A stretch of 64,000 nt of DNA from Candidatus Aenigmarchaeota archaeon LH_S7 (GTDB lineage: Archaea; Aenigmatarchaeota; Aenigmatarchaeia; QMZS01): the NCBI GenBank assembly GCA_023659895.1, contig JAGXOL010000002.1:4388-68387 (forward strand), given 5' to 3'. The notes below the pieces were generated by a model. That model ran no database searches and was not told where the DNA came from. It saw only the letters and a list, made by a program, of their open reading frames with translations. Shown piece by piece: positions 9,090 to 17,736 of this stretch. Numbering within the stretch: position 1 is the first letter of the stretch; each line of letters opens with the position of its first letter. Position numbers and translations under genes: made by a program.

Positions 9090-9921
9090 CCATTACAATG
9101 TCTGCTTCTATTTCAAATTCCTCTGCTAATTTCTTCCCTAAAGATTTTCTTGTATCCCAATTTTTTCTTCCTTTAAAAGTAGAGTTTGGGTTAGACAAGT
9201 AATTTATCTCAAAGAAACAAAAATTTTCTTCTGGTTCAACCACTTTTTCAAAGCTTACCTTATCATCCTCTATATAAACTATTTCCCCAGGATGTACTTC
9301 TCTTATCGGTTTACCACCTATTTTCTTTATTGGAAAGTCTTCTGAGCAGAGGACTGGCAACTCCTCTTTTTCTCCATACCATAAAGGCTTAATTCCATAT
9401 CTGTCTCTGCATCCTATCACATTACCTTCATCTAAGATTATCATTGAATAAGAACCTGGAATTTCTTCCATTAACTTATGAATTCCATATTTCTTGTAAG
9501 TTTGTAGAAGTAATTCTGTATCACTTTCCATTTCATTAGGAAATATCTTATCTCCAACTACCTGTCCATTGTGAACTATTGCAGAACTAGCACCCTTTGT
9601 AAAAGAAGTTTGTTTTTCTGTGCTTAAACTATCATACCCATCTATTGTTATAGGATGAGCATCTTTTAATAACTCCTTTTTTGATCCCTGAGTTGCATAT
9701 CTTGTGTGGATAGCAAATTGCTCTCCTCTCATTTTCTCAATATCCTCGTAACTTTCCCTATAAACCTTTCCAAGCCACCGCCTAGAGTCTATTTCTTTAT
9801 CTTCCATCCCTGCTATTCCTGTAGTTTCTTCACCTCTATGTTCTAGACCCCTAAGCATTACATAAGCATCAAAACGAGAATTTACAAATCCTACACCACA
9901 TTTATCTCTTAAACTTCCCAT
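9046..9921 (-). CDS. purF: Amidophosphoribosyltransferase, N-terminal glutamine amidotransferase part (frame interrupted)
   Basis: It has a class II GATase N-terminus (CGV..HRGEE) and runs to DVPNTGK before the frame is lost. Confidence 0.8.
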   Translation of the reverse strand: MGSLRDKCGVGFVNSRFDAYVMLRGLEHRGEETTGIAGMEDKEIDSRRWLGKVYRESYEDIEKMRGEQFAIHTRYATQGSKKELLKDAHPITIDGYDSLSTEKQTSFTKGASSAIVHNGQVVGDKIFPNEMESDTELLLQTYKKYGIHKLMEEIPGSYSMIILDEGNVIGCRDRYGIKPLWYGEKEELPVLCSEDFPIKKIGGKPIREVHPGEIVYIEDDKVSFEKVVEPEENFCFFEINYLSNPNSTFKGRKNWDTRKSLGKKLAEEFEIEADIVMDVPNTGKTLCHWLL

Positions 9922-9962
9922 AATTGAAGATAGAGATAATTATTTGATAATTTCCAAAAATT

Positions 9963-10274
9963 ATGGGATACAAACCACCTCCAAAAAGTGAGCAAGTTTT
10001 TAGATTAGTCCAGAAAATTCCCAAAGGAAAAATTACAACCTATAAAGAAATTGGCTCTAAACTTGGTTTAAATCCAAGAGAAGTTGGCAGAATCCTGTCA
10101 AAAAATGAAGATCTAAGGAGGATTAAATGCTATAAAGTTGTTGGGACTAATAGAGAAATTGGAGGATATAGATTAGGAGAAACCGAGAAAATTAGAAAAC
10201 TGAGGAGAGAGGGGATTAAAATTAAAAAAGGAAAAATTGTGAATTTTAAGGAAAAAGTTATCAAATTTTTCTAA
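9963..10274 (+). CDS. MGMT-family DNA-binding domain protein (Ogt/Atl-like)
   Basis: The IPKGKITTYKEI..RxVG pattern matches the MGMT C-terminal domain. The active-site PCHRV is replaced by KCYKV. Confidence 0.7.
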   Translation: MGYKPPPKSEQVFRLVQKIPKGKITTYKEIGSKLGLNPREVGRILSKNEDLRRIKCYKVVGTNREIGGYRLGETEKIRKLRREGIKIKKGKIVNFKEKVIKFF

Positions 10275-10329
10275 CTCTATCTCTCCTTTCGTTGGCAAAA
10301 ACACCAACCATCAAACTTACATTTAGGTT

Positions 10330-11004
10330 CTATCCCATTTCTCCAGATTTGATAACTACAAGATCCATAGGTGCTTTTTCACAAACATAACTATTTTTTT
10401 CTTCCGTATCCTGAATATGATATTTTGGTTCTAGTTTCTTTCTTGACTCTAGGAATTTGCCTGCTATTGCAAGTTTTAGCAGTTCTTCAATGTCCCTGCC
10501 TTTAGCCTTTCCAACAACTTCAAGAACAGTATTCTCTGATATTTCTTTGTTCATTGAAGCACAAGCCTGTAAAATATTTGTTGCTCTTCTCAAGTCACCC
10601 CCACACTCCTTAAAAATAACTTCTATAGCATCTTCTTCTATTTTAAGTTCCTCTCCTTTCTCTATTTTTTCCAAATATTTTTTGATATAGTCTTTTTTAA
10701 GGAGTCTAAACATAAAAATCACACACCTTGATTGGATAGGCTCAATTAGTTTTGAGGAATAATTGCAGTCCAGAATAAACCTGCAGGTTTCAGAATAATT
10801 TTCCATCGTTCTCCTTAAAGCCTGCTGGGCATCCTTTGTAAGAGCATCAGCCTCATCAAGCAAAATAATCTTAAAACTTCCTTCTCCAATTGGCCTTGTT
10901 CTTGCAAAATCTTTTATTTTTATCCTGACTGTGTCTATTCCCCTTTCATCAGAGGCATTTAACTCAATAAAATTCTCCGTATTCCCAAAAAGTTCATTAA
11001 CCAA
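10330..11004 (-). CDS. rfcS: Replication factor C small subunit (ORF as it stands lacks the Walker A segment)
   Basis: It has LLDEADALT (Walker B/DEAD), SRC motif IQSRC and the sensor region. Confidence 0.85.
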   Translation of the reverse strand: MVNELFGNTENFIELNASDERGIDTVRIKIKDFARTRPIGEGSFKIILLDEADALTKDAQQALRRTMENYSETCRFILDCNYSSKLIEPIQSRCVIFMFRLLKKDYIKKYLEKIEKGEELKIEEDAIEVIFKECGGDLRRATNILQACASMNKEISENTVLEVVGKAKGRDIEELLKLAIAGKFLESRKKLEPKYHIQDTEEKNSYVCEKAPMDLVVIKSGEMG

Positions 11005-11170
11005 GGCTAAAGCAGTGCTTGTTTTACCACTTCCTTGTATTCCAGCGAATAGCAGGTTTGGAATTGAGCCTTTTGAAATAAATGCCTCTAATCTTTTTGT
11101 TGTATCCTCCTAACCAATAATATCATCCAGTTTTTTTTGGCCTGTATTTCTCCGTCCAAAGTTCAAACAT
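11005..11170 (-). pseudogene. rfcS: RFC small subunit N-terminal segment, disconnected by a frameshift and an in-frame TAG
   Basis: MFELWTEKYRPKK is followed by (frameshift at A8, 11131-11138) LDDIIG, then TAG (11110-11112), then [42 protein letters not shown]. Confidence 0.75.
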
Positions 11171-11224
11171 AATTATATATTTTAATAAATTAAGTTTCAT
11201 ATCTATAAATTATTTAAGCCTTTC

Positions 11225-11538
11225 CTGCTCTCTCTAAATATTCAAACTGAGGGACTATCCTACTCCGCAAAAATATTAACTATTCAGGTCAAGAAGAGAG
11301 GCCTGAGTAATATAAGAATCTGGAAGAGCTGGAAATTTAGTAGTGAAGAAAATCTCCTTAAAAATTTTAGAGACTGGTTTTTAAAAGAAAATGACAAAAT
11401 ATTCGTTGGGTATAATATACTGAAATTTGACTTTCCTCTCTTATTACTAAAACTTTCTTCTCTGGAAAAATTTGATGAATTTTATCTAAAATTAAACCGT
11501 TCTAATATTTTGGGTTTGTTTGCTATTTTGATTTTTTA
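11225..11538 (+). pseudogene. Fragment of an RNase H-fold 3'-5' exonuclease-like gene
   Basis: The open frame has no start codon. It encodes EENLLKNFRDWF..IFVGYNILKFDFPLL, which resembles the ExoII region of PolB-type exonucleases. Flanking motifs are absent. Confidence 0.3.
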
Positions 11539-11592
11539 AAAAAAGAACTTAAACAGAAGTTATTTAAATAATTTTAATCTATTATAGTTATC

Positions 11593-12954
11593 ATGGTGAA
11601 TATCAAATCAAAAACAAGTTTGGTTTTAGTATCGATTATTTTATTGTCATTTATATTTGTTCCTCCTATTTTTGCTGATGGATGTATAGCTATCCATGAT
11701 CTTGATATGTCTCGTTGGAAACTTCAAGATATGGATCAGCAATTATGTGCAATAAATTATGAAAATGGGTCTGAAAACATGCTTTTGTCTGTTGATGTTA
11801 GTGATTTACATGGTGAAAAAGGTGTCTGGATTTTCCCTATTCCTGCAAAACCAGACAAAACAGTAATAGACGTAATCAAAGGATTCCCAAGACTTCGAGG
11901 GTATGATGTAAAAAGAAGAACAGATGAAACAATTTCTGATACTTTTAGTGTAATGAGATTATCTCAGGTTTATACATTTTTTCCATTTATGTTCTTTACT
12001 GGTATGGGTGCTATGAGTATGGGTACTATGTATGCGGGCACAGAAAGAGGAATTACAGCACATGAACATATAGAAAAGATGGGTTTAACAACTGAATTAG
12101 TTACTGCAAAAGATGGAGATGCTTTTTATAATTATTTGACAAATAAAAACTTAGATTTACCTCCAGATTTAAAATCAATTTTAGAGGAATATATAGGTAA
12201 AGAATATTCTTTTGTTGTTTCTTGGATTTCAGATGTTGAGAAATTTAAGAAAGAATCTGCAACAAAAGATAGATATGGCAATACTATTAATACTGTTGGA
12301 GTTTTTATCAAGTTCCCAACTGATAAAATTTATTTTCCACTGAAACCAACGAGTGTTTATGGGAGTACAAAAGTTCCGATATCAGTTTATGTTGAAGGAC
12401 ATGTAACCCCTAAACTTTATTCAGAAATTGAAGAAGGAAAAGTTAATTATTTTGTTGATCGTTATTATCATGTTCCTGAGGAGTTATCTTCTTTCTTCAA
12501 CGGAAAAAAAATTATCAATTTGAAATACACAAAAATCAAAATAAATACACCCTCAAAATATTTAACTAAAGATTTATGGATAAAAGACTCTCCTCCAGCC
12601 CATATTGTTTTAGATAGTTTTATAAATAGGTCTGTTTGGTTATGGGGTATAATATTCTTTATATTAAGTTCGTGTTTAGCAAGTATGTTTGCTGGAATGA
12701 TTACTTTTAGAAAAGACCAACCATCCAAGAAAAAATTCGCTTTATTTGGCTTATGGAACTTTTTAACCTTAATTGGTTTTGCAGTTGCTTCTATGTTTCT
12801 TAGAACTAAGAAACTAAAACCTGAACTGGAACAACAACTTAAATCTCAAGGACTTACAGTTTGGGATAGTAGAAAAACTTTATTTGTATTCCTATTTACA
12901 GTGTTTTTCTTAATCATAACTTTTGTTTTTCAAATTGTTTTATCTATTTTTTAG
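11593..12954 (+). CDS. Hypothetical membrane-anchored protein
   Basis: It is 453 aa, with an N-terminal signal/TM segment and about three C-terminal TM helices. No family was recognised. Confidence 0.6.
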   Translation: MVNIKSKTSLVLVSIILLSFIFVPPIFADGCIAIHDLDMSRWKLQDMDQQLCAINYENGSENMLLSVDVSDLHGEKGVWIFPIPAKPDKTVIDVIKGFPRLRGYDVKRRTDETISDTFSVMRLSQVYTFFPFMFFTGMGAMSMGTMYAGTERGITAHEHIEKMGLTTELVTAKDGDAFYNYLTNKNLDLPPDLKSILEEYIGKEYSFVVSWISDVEKFKKESATKDRYGNTINTVGVFIKFPTDKIYFPLKPTSVYGSTKVPISVYVEGHVTPKLYSEIEEGKVNYFVDRYYHVPEELSSFFNGKKIINLKYTKIKINTPSKYLTKDLWIKDSPPAHIVLDSFINRSVWLWGIIFFILSSCLASMFAGMITFRKDQPSKKKFALFGLWNFLTLIGFAVASMFLRTKKLKPELEQQLKSQGLTVWDSRKTLFVFLFTVFFLIITFVFQIVLSIF

Positions 12955-13534
12955 TTCACCCCCCTGAAAAATGTTATGGCTATTCCTGGAGAAAAAATTT
13001 TGGATTTTTATAAAAATAAAGACTATCAGAAAATGGAAGAAGCTGTTATAAAAAATTTGCATGCCTCTGAAAAACTATATTCAACTATCTTGAAAACTTT
13101 CTATTACTCTGCTTATACCTTGTACATCATATTCTCCCCTTTCTACCATAGTACAATAATCATTAAAATTATTTATAATTTTTGGTAGTGGGGTATATAT
13201 AATTTTCGATGATAGAATATATAAATCTAGAGAAATTAAAGAAAATTTAACAAGAAACGAGGCAGAATGCCTGGACAATTGCGAATTAGAATAAGATTTA
13301 GAAAATACGTCGGAAATTGGTTTGATTATCTGACTGTTTCTAAAGATGAAATGAAAGATATTCTGAAAGACACTAGTTAGAAAGTTAGAAATTTATTGAT
13401 TCTGATAAATCAGCTTATATAGCAGTTATTGAGAAAATATGAATGCTCACACAAAAAAACTTCTACGCTCACTTTCGTTCACTCCTCGACCATGCCTTCT
13501 AGACTCTTGCTTACGCTTGGGCGTTGAACAGCGC

Positions 13535-14032
13535 TTATCTAGAACTTTCCTGCGAAACTTTATAGAAATAACTTCTTATCAAATTACACAATCGAGATGC
13601 TTTATTTAGATAATCTAAAGCAATTTCAGCTTCTTTCTCTGTAAAAATTTTAGATATTCCAATTTTTTCTAATTTTTCTTCTCCATATAATGAGATGTTT
13701 CGCCATAGGTGGAAGACTTTACTTCCAATTATTATTCTTACTATGTCTTCTTTAGGAAAATGGTAATCTTTGAGTACAAATTTTAGTTTTTCATAAGTAG
13801 ACATGATTTGATTGCTTAATTCATGTCCTTTTATGTTTGTTGGATATTCTTCTCTCATTAGCTTAAACACAACTTTGAGAAAAAGTTCAAAAGCTTCCTG
13901 CGACCTTCTTACACAAAGATCATAATTGTACTTTTTGAAATCTGATGCTTCTTGTTCTATATCTCTTGCTTTCATATATTGTTTATCAATCTTTTGTAAT
14001 TCTTTCATCGTCCAACTGGGATTTTCTGTCAT
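13535..14032 (-). CDS. HEPN domain protein
   Basis: It has a helical bundle pattern with SQEAFELFLK..KGHEL and a C-terminal RNISLYG, which matches classic HEPN PF05168-like features by eye. It overlaps the upstream NERD gene by ATGA. Confidence 0.65.
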   Translation of the reverse strand: MTENPSWTMKELQKIDKQYMKARDIEQEASDFKKYNYDLCVRRSQEAFELFLKVVFKLMREEYPTNIKGHELSNQIMSTYEKLKFVLKDYHFPKEDIVRIIIGSKVFHLWRNISLYGEEKLEKIGISKIFTEKEAEIALDYLNKASRLCNLIRSYFYKVSQESSR

Positions 14033-14730
14033 TTTGAATATTTTAAAATTAATTTTCCTATTGATTCTAACTCTTTCGGAGAAAATTTTATCCTTGATTT
14101 TTTATATTTGATAAAGTTGTATAATTCTTCAACTTTTAAAACTGGAACTGTTGGGTTATTTAATTCTAACTCAGCATTAGGATTTGTGAAAACAACAATT
14201 CCTTCAACCCATATTGGTTTTTTGAATATTTTTTGTATAAATTGTTTTAGTTTTACAGCATTTCTCTTAACTTGTTTACTTGGGCTACCAATACTATAAT
14301 CTCTCGATGGCTTCCAATATGGTCTTCCTCTCATACTTATTGTTAGACCACCTTCATAATGTCTATGCCATTCATCACCATTGCAAATAAGTTTCCCATC
14401 ATAATTTTTACTTTCAATAGCGAATATACCATTATGTCCTAAAATGATACAGTCAATATTTCCATAACTTTCTGATAACATTACATCATTAACCAAAGAA
14501 TATCTATTGTTTAATTCTTCTAAAGTTTCTTTGATTAATGTTTCACCAGTTTTTCCTTTCCTATATTGACCACTTTTAATGAAGAAGTATATAGAAATTC
14601 CTACGAATATTATACCCAATCCATAAAATATGAGAGTCACTAAACCTATTACCAAAAATATTATTGCTATTTTCTCATTAGATTTTCTTTGTTCTTCTAA
14701 ATATTCTCCAGTTTCTTTTAAAACTTTCAT
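14029..14730 (-). CDS. NERD (nuclease-related domain) protein with N-terminal transmembrane hairpin
   Basis: It has two TM helices followed by GKTGETLIKETLEEL..NDVML..GNIDCIILGHNGIFAIESKNYDG, the NERD signature. The ATG at 14730 is preferred over the upstream TTG, which lies inside the IS terminal repeat. Confidence 0.75.
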   Translation of the reverse strand: MKVLKETGEYLEEQRKSNEKIAIIFLVIGLVTLIFYGLGIIFVGISIYFFIKSGQYRKGKTGETLIKETLEELNNRYSLVNDVMLSESYGNIDCIILGHNGIFAIESKNYDGKLICNGDEWHRHYEGGLTISMRGRPYWKPSRDYSIGSPSKQVKRNAVKLKQFIQKIFKKPIWVEGIVVFTNPNAELELNNPTVPVLKVEELYNFIKYKKSRIKFSPKELESIGKLILKYSK

Positions 14731-14767
14731 AATATAAAAAACTAGTTTATATGATTTTATATATAAA

Positions 14768-15774
14768 GGTGTGCGAAATAAAATAACCAACTAATCAACT
14801 CTCTACAGGAAGCCTAATTTCGCACACTTACTTCACTAAAGAGACCAGTTCCACCTTACTATTTTAGATTCTAAATCTGCTAAACTCCCTGAGACTTGTT
14901 TTGTTATTGATAATGCTGTCAACAGCAGTGAGCAATATTGCACTCAATGAAGCAAAAACAACAGATATTTTTCTTTTAATTCCAACAACATTCTGCCAAC
15001 ATTTATCCATTGAGTTTTTGATAACTGAATTGAACTGCTCAACAATATATCTCTTTTTCTTCAGTATTTTTGGAGTCCAACGTCTTTTCTTGGTGTTCCT
15101 CCTGTTTTTTGCAATTACTGGTTTTGCCCCTTTCTCTCTACAAGCTTTTCTATTGGCCTCTGAATCATAACCAGCATCTGCTAAAGCAAGTTTACCTGAG
15201 ACCAATAACTCTGGTAAGAAAGGGGAATCATGTTTGTTTCCTGTTGTTAAAATTGCCTTTAGAGGCAATCCAAGTTGGTTTACAGAAAGATGTGTTTTAA
15301 ATCCTTTGAATGCTCCTCTCGAGTAAAAACCAACTTTGGTATCTGGATCTTCTTCATCCACCAAAGGAGTTGAGTCTATTATCAATAGTTCTGTTGGAAT
15401 AATCATCTGAATTATTGATGACAATTTGTTGAATACTTGTGTTACTAGATCAGAATATGTTTTCTTCCAGACACTAAGTCTTGACCTGTCTGGAACTCCT
15501 GTTAATCCAAGGCTTCTTCTTATTTTTGGATTCATTCGTTGCTTCACAACGATGCACCGTTTTGCTTCGCAAAACGAGTGTGCTTTTAAATGTCTGATTA
15601 ACTGGCAATCATTGAATCCTCTAATTTTCTGGTAAATTAAAGTTCTTGTTCTTGGTACATTTCTATATCCTCTTCTACCTCTGCCTTTCTGAGATGGAAC
15701 CATCCCTTTGTTTACCAAATGTCTTATAATATTACCTGCTTCCATCTATTAATTTGGTTTATTTCGCACACCCC
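14768..15774 (-). mobile_element. IS4/IS5-superfamily insertion sequence, copy 1
   Basis: It has terminal inverted repeats GGTGTGCGAAATAAA at both ends, plus a third internal copy of GTGTGCGAAAT near the 3' end. TTTATATAT-like sequence is present on both flanks. Confidence 0.85.
14864..15745 (-). CDS. DDE transposase (DDE_Tnp_1, IS4/IS5 type), 293 aa, with a 16-aa insert
   Basis: It has the motifs IIDSTPL, ADAGYDS and RYIVEQFNSVIKN. It is about 90% identical to the copy at 42185-43018, apart from the HSFCEAKRCIVVKQRM insert. Confidence 0.9.
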   Translation of the reverse strand: MEAGNIIRHLVNKGMVPSQKGRGRRGYRNVPRTRTLIYQKIRGFNDCQLIRHLKAHSFCEAKRCIVVKQRMNPKIRRSLGLTGVPDRSRLSVWKKTYSDLVTQVFNKLSSIIQMIIPTELLIIDSTPLVDEEDPDTKVGFYSRGAFKGFKTHLSVNQLGLPLKAILTTGNKHDSPFLPELLVSGKLALADAGYDSEANRKACREKGAKPVIAKNRRNTKKRRWTPKILKKKRYIVEQFNSVIKNSMDKCWQNVVGIKRKISVVFASLSAILLTAVDSIINNKTSLREFSRFRI

Positions 15775-15944
15775 TATTTATATATTTTACAAAAATACGC
15801 TTGCTTAGGGCAAACTCTTCGCAAAACTTCGTTTTGCTCGTCTCGGACTTCGTCCTCAAGAATATAACAGCGATTAAGAGGTAAAATTTCTTACAGAAAT
15901 TTCCCAAATTTTCACTTCATGAAAACTTCTTTTAACGGCATACG

Positions 15945-16022
15945 TTAACTGTGAATTGGCTTCGGGTCGCTTTAATATTAGAACTGAAGAAAAGATTATT
16001 AACGGGCGGTCGCTTTAATTTT
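15945..16022 (+). repeat. Left arm of an imperfect inverted repeat flanking the nuclease gene
   Basis: CTGTGAATTGG..CTTCGG..GGCGGTCGCTTTAA matches the reverse complement of 17453-17524 (CTGTTAATTGC..CCGAAGG..GGTGGTCGCTTTCA). Anchor spacing is about 59 versus 61 nt. Confidence 0.5.
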
Positions 16023-17406
16023 ATAACCAAACATTTTCTCCACATTTATCACAAAATTTAGCAGATTTTGGAAGTTGTTTTCCACAATTAGTGCAATATT
16101 TTATATTTTCTTCTAATGGAGGTTCTTGTCCAAATACTTTTATTTCTATTGGATATTTTGAACCTTTAATTGCATATTCAAGTTCTTTATCATGTTCTTT
16201 AACTATAATTATTCCTCTGACTTGCTTGTCTTGTGCCAAATTTTCATTAACCCATGCCATATATTTTTGGATTTGACCAACAACTTTATGAGAACCTTTA
16301 TCTTGTTTCAATTCTATAACAACAAAATTTCCATTTTTATCTTTGCATAAAATATCTATATAACCAACACCAGTTGTATACTGGTTTCCAATCAAGTCCA
16401 AACCGTCTTCTAAAATTTCTGGATTAGATATAATTGAAGTTTCAATCTCATATTCTAAAACTTCGCTTATTGCTCCTGTTTCTTCAAAATCTTCAATACT
16501 CCAAGCTTTTTCTAATTTCTTTGTTTCTTTTTCTTTAATAATTTCTTTTATTTTCTTTTCAAAATTTTCGGGTTTTGGTAATTTATCTTTAAAGCCCTTT
16601 ACACTTTCATAAATAAAGTTTGGTATTACAAATTCTATCGTTATTTTTCCTTTAGCACTTAAATAAAATGTCCAATATCCTACCCCACTTTCTACTAATC
16701 TATCTCCAAATTGCCAAAAACTATATTCTTCAGGTTGTGGCGGTGGAAACAATATTAACCTTCCACTCTTTCTATATGATTTGGTTTTGAATCTTTGCTC
16801 TTTTAGTTCTTCATCAAATAAGATATTAAAAATATATGTCCACTCTTTTGGATCAATCTTAAAATAAAGTATTTCACCAGTTTTTTCATTGACATTTACA
16901 TTAAAATCAGGAAGTAAACGATATTTATCATGACAATTTGGATTTTCTTGTTTTATTTTTTCAGCTTCTTTAATCGAATCGGTTATTCTAATTGGAATAT
17001 AATTTAAAGTAAAAGATAATACTTCCTTGTCTAATTCGGGTAATTTATTTAATTTGTTATTAACATTTTGTGTTAGAATTTTAGATGTCTTACTAAATAA
17101 TATTTCTCTCAATAATTTATCATCTTCGTTAAAAGTTTCCTTTAGAAAATTTGGTATGCTATTGAGGAAATCTACAAAAATATTACTCTTCTCTTTAATT
17201 TGTGGTGAATTTATTCCATATTTTTTCTGTAAATTTCTGGCACAAACTTTACCGAACCATTTTTTGAATGCTACTTGATTATTAAGATATCCAAACATAG
17301 ATGGAATAGAATAGGAAAAAATCCAAAGAATATCTAAAATTTGATTATCTTGTTTACTAATTGTGTTTTCTATGAAACTTTCAATTTTGATTTTTGTATC
17401 TGTCAT
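16021..17406 (-). CDS. NucS/DUF91-like PD-(D/E)xK nuclease domain protein with C-terminal zinc ribbon and an unassigned 300-aa N-terminal region
   Basis: The C-terminal block GYIDILCKDKNGNFVVIELKQDKG..VGQIQKYMAWV matches the RecB-like DUF91 core. It is followed by CTNCGKQLPKSAKFCDKCG. Confidence 0.65.
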   Translation of the reverse strand: MTDTKIKIESFIENTISKQDNQILDILWIFSYSIPSMFGYLNNQVAFKKWFGKVCARNLQKKYGINSPQIKEKSNIFVDFLNSIPNFLKETFNEDDKLLREILFSKTSKILTQNVNNKLNKLPELDKEVLSFTLNYIPIRITDSIKEAEKIKQENPNCHDKYRLLPDFNVNVNEKTGEILYFKIDPKEWTYIFNILFDEELKEQRFKTKSYRKSGRLILFPPPQPEEYSFWQFGDRLVESGVGYWTFYLSAKGKITIEFVIPNFIYESVKGFKDKLPKPENFEKKIKEIIKEKETKKLEKAWSIEDFEETGAISEVLEYEIETSIISNPEILEDGLDLIGNQYTTGVGYIDILCKDKNGNFVVIELKQDKGSHKVVGQIQKYMAWVNENLAQDKQVRGIIIVKEHDKELEYAIKGSKYPIEIKVFGQEPPLEENIKYCTNCGKQLPKSAKFCDKCGENVWL

Positions 17407-17452
17407 AATAATAACTAAAATCCTAATGAAACTTAAAAAGCTTTCTTTTTTT

Positions 17453-17524
17453 GAAAGCGACCACCTTTATTTTTTAATGACCCTCAGCTGACTTTCTTGC
17501 CTTCGGCTCGGGGCAATTAACAGG
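17453..17524 (-). repeat. Right arm of the inverted repeat flanking the nuclease gene
   Basis: See the left-arm entry at 15945-16022. Confidence 0.5.
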
Positions 17525-17736
17525 AATTTAATGGAAAAATGCGAGCTGAGCATTTTTCCCAAAGCGCCTTCAGTGACTTCGTTAAATTCTGATATTATAT
17601 GCAATCCACCTCCACTATCAAAAAATTATATAATACTAAAGTTGTTATTGTTAATTATGAAAAATAAAGATGATTGGTTAATTTTGAATGTATATGTGGA
17701 TAAACCTGATAAAATAGAAAATTAGCTGTGTTTATT

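Noticed and set aside
10330-11112. Genome-wide reassignment of TAG to a sense codon (Gln or Pyl), suggested by the in-frame TAG in rfcS
   Set aside because: TAG terminates several ORFs at the expected protein ends (DUF72 at 2479-2481, aCPSF1 at 19289-19291, membrane protein at 12952-12954). aRF1 has ordinary NIKS-like and YxCxxxF motifs. A local mutation or error is more likely.
12976-13380. Short ORFs in the 570-nt spacer before the HEPN gene (12976-13188, 13081-13278 and a 37-aa ORF at 13267-13380)
   Set aside because: They have no recognisable motifs, conflict with each other and show hydrophobic low-complexity composition. The region looks like decayed accessory DNA.
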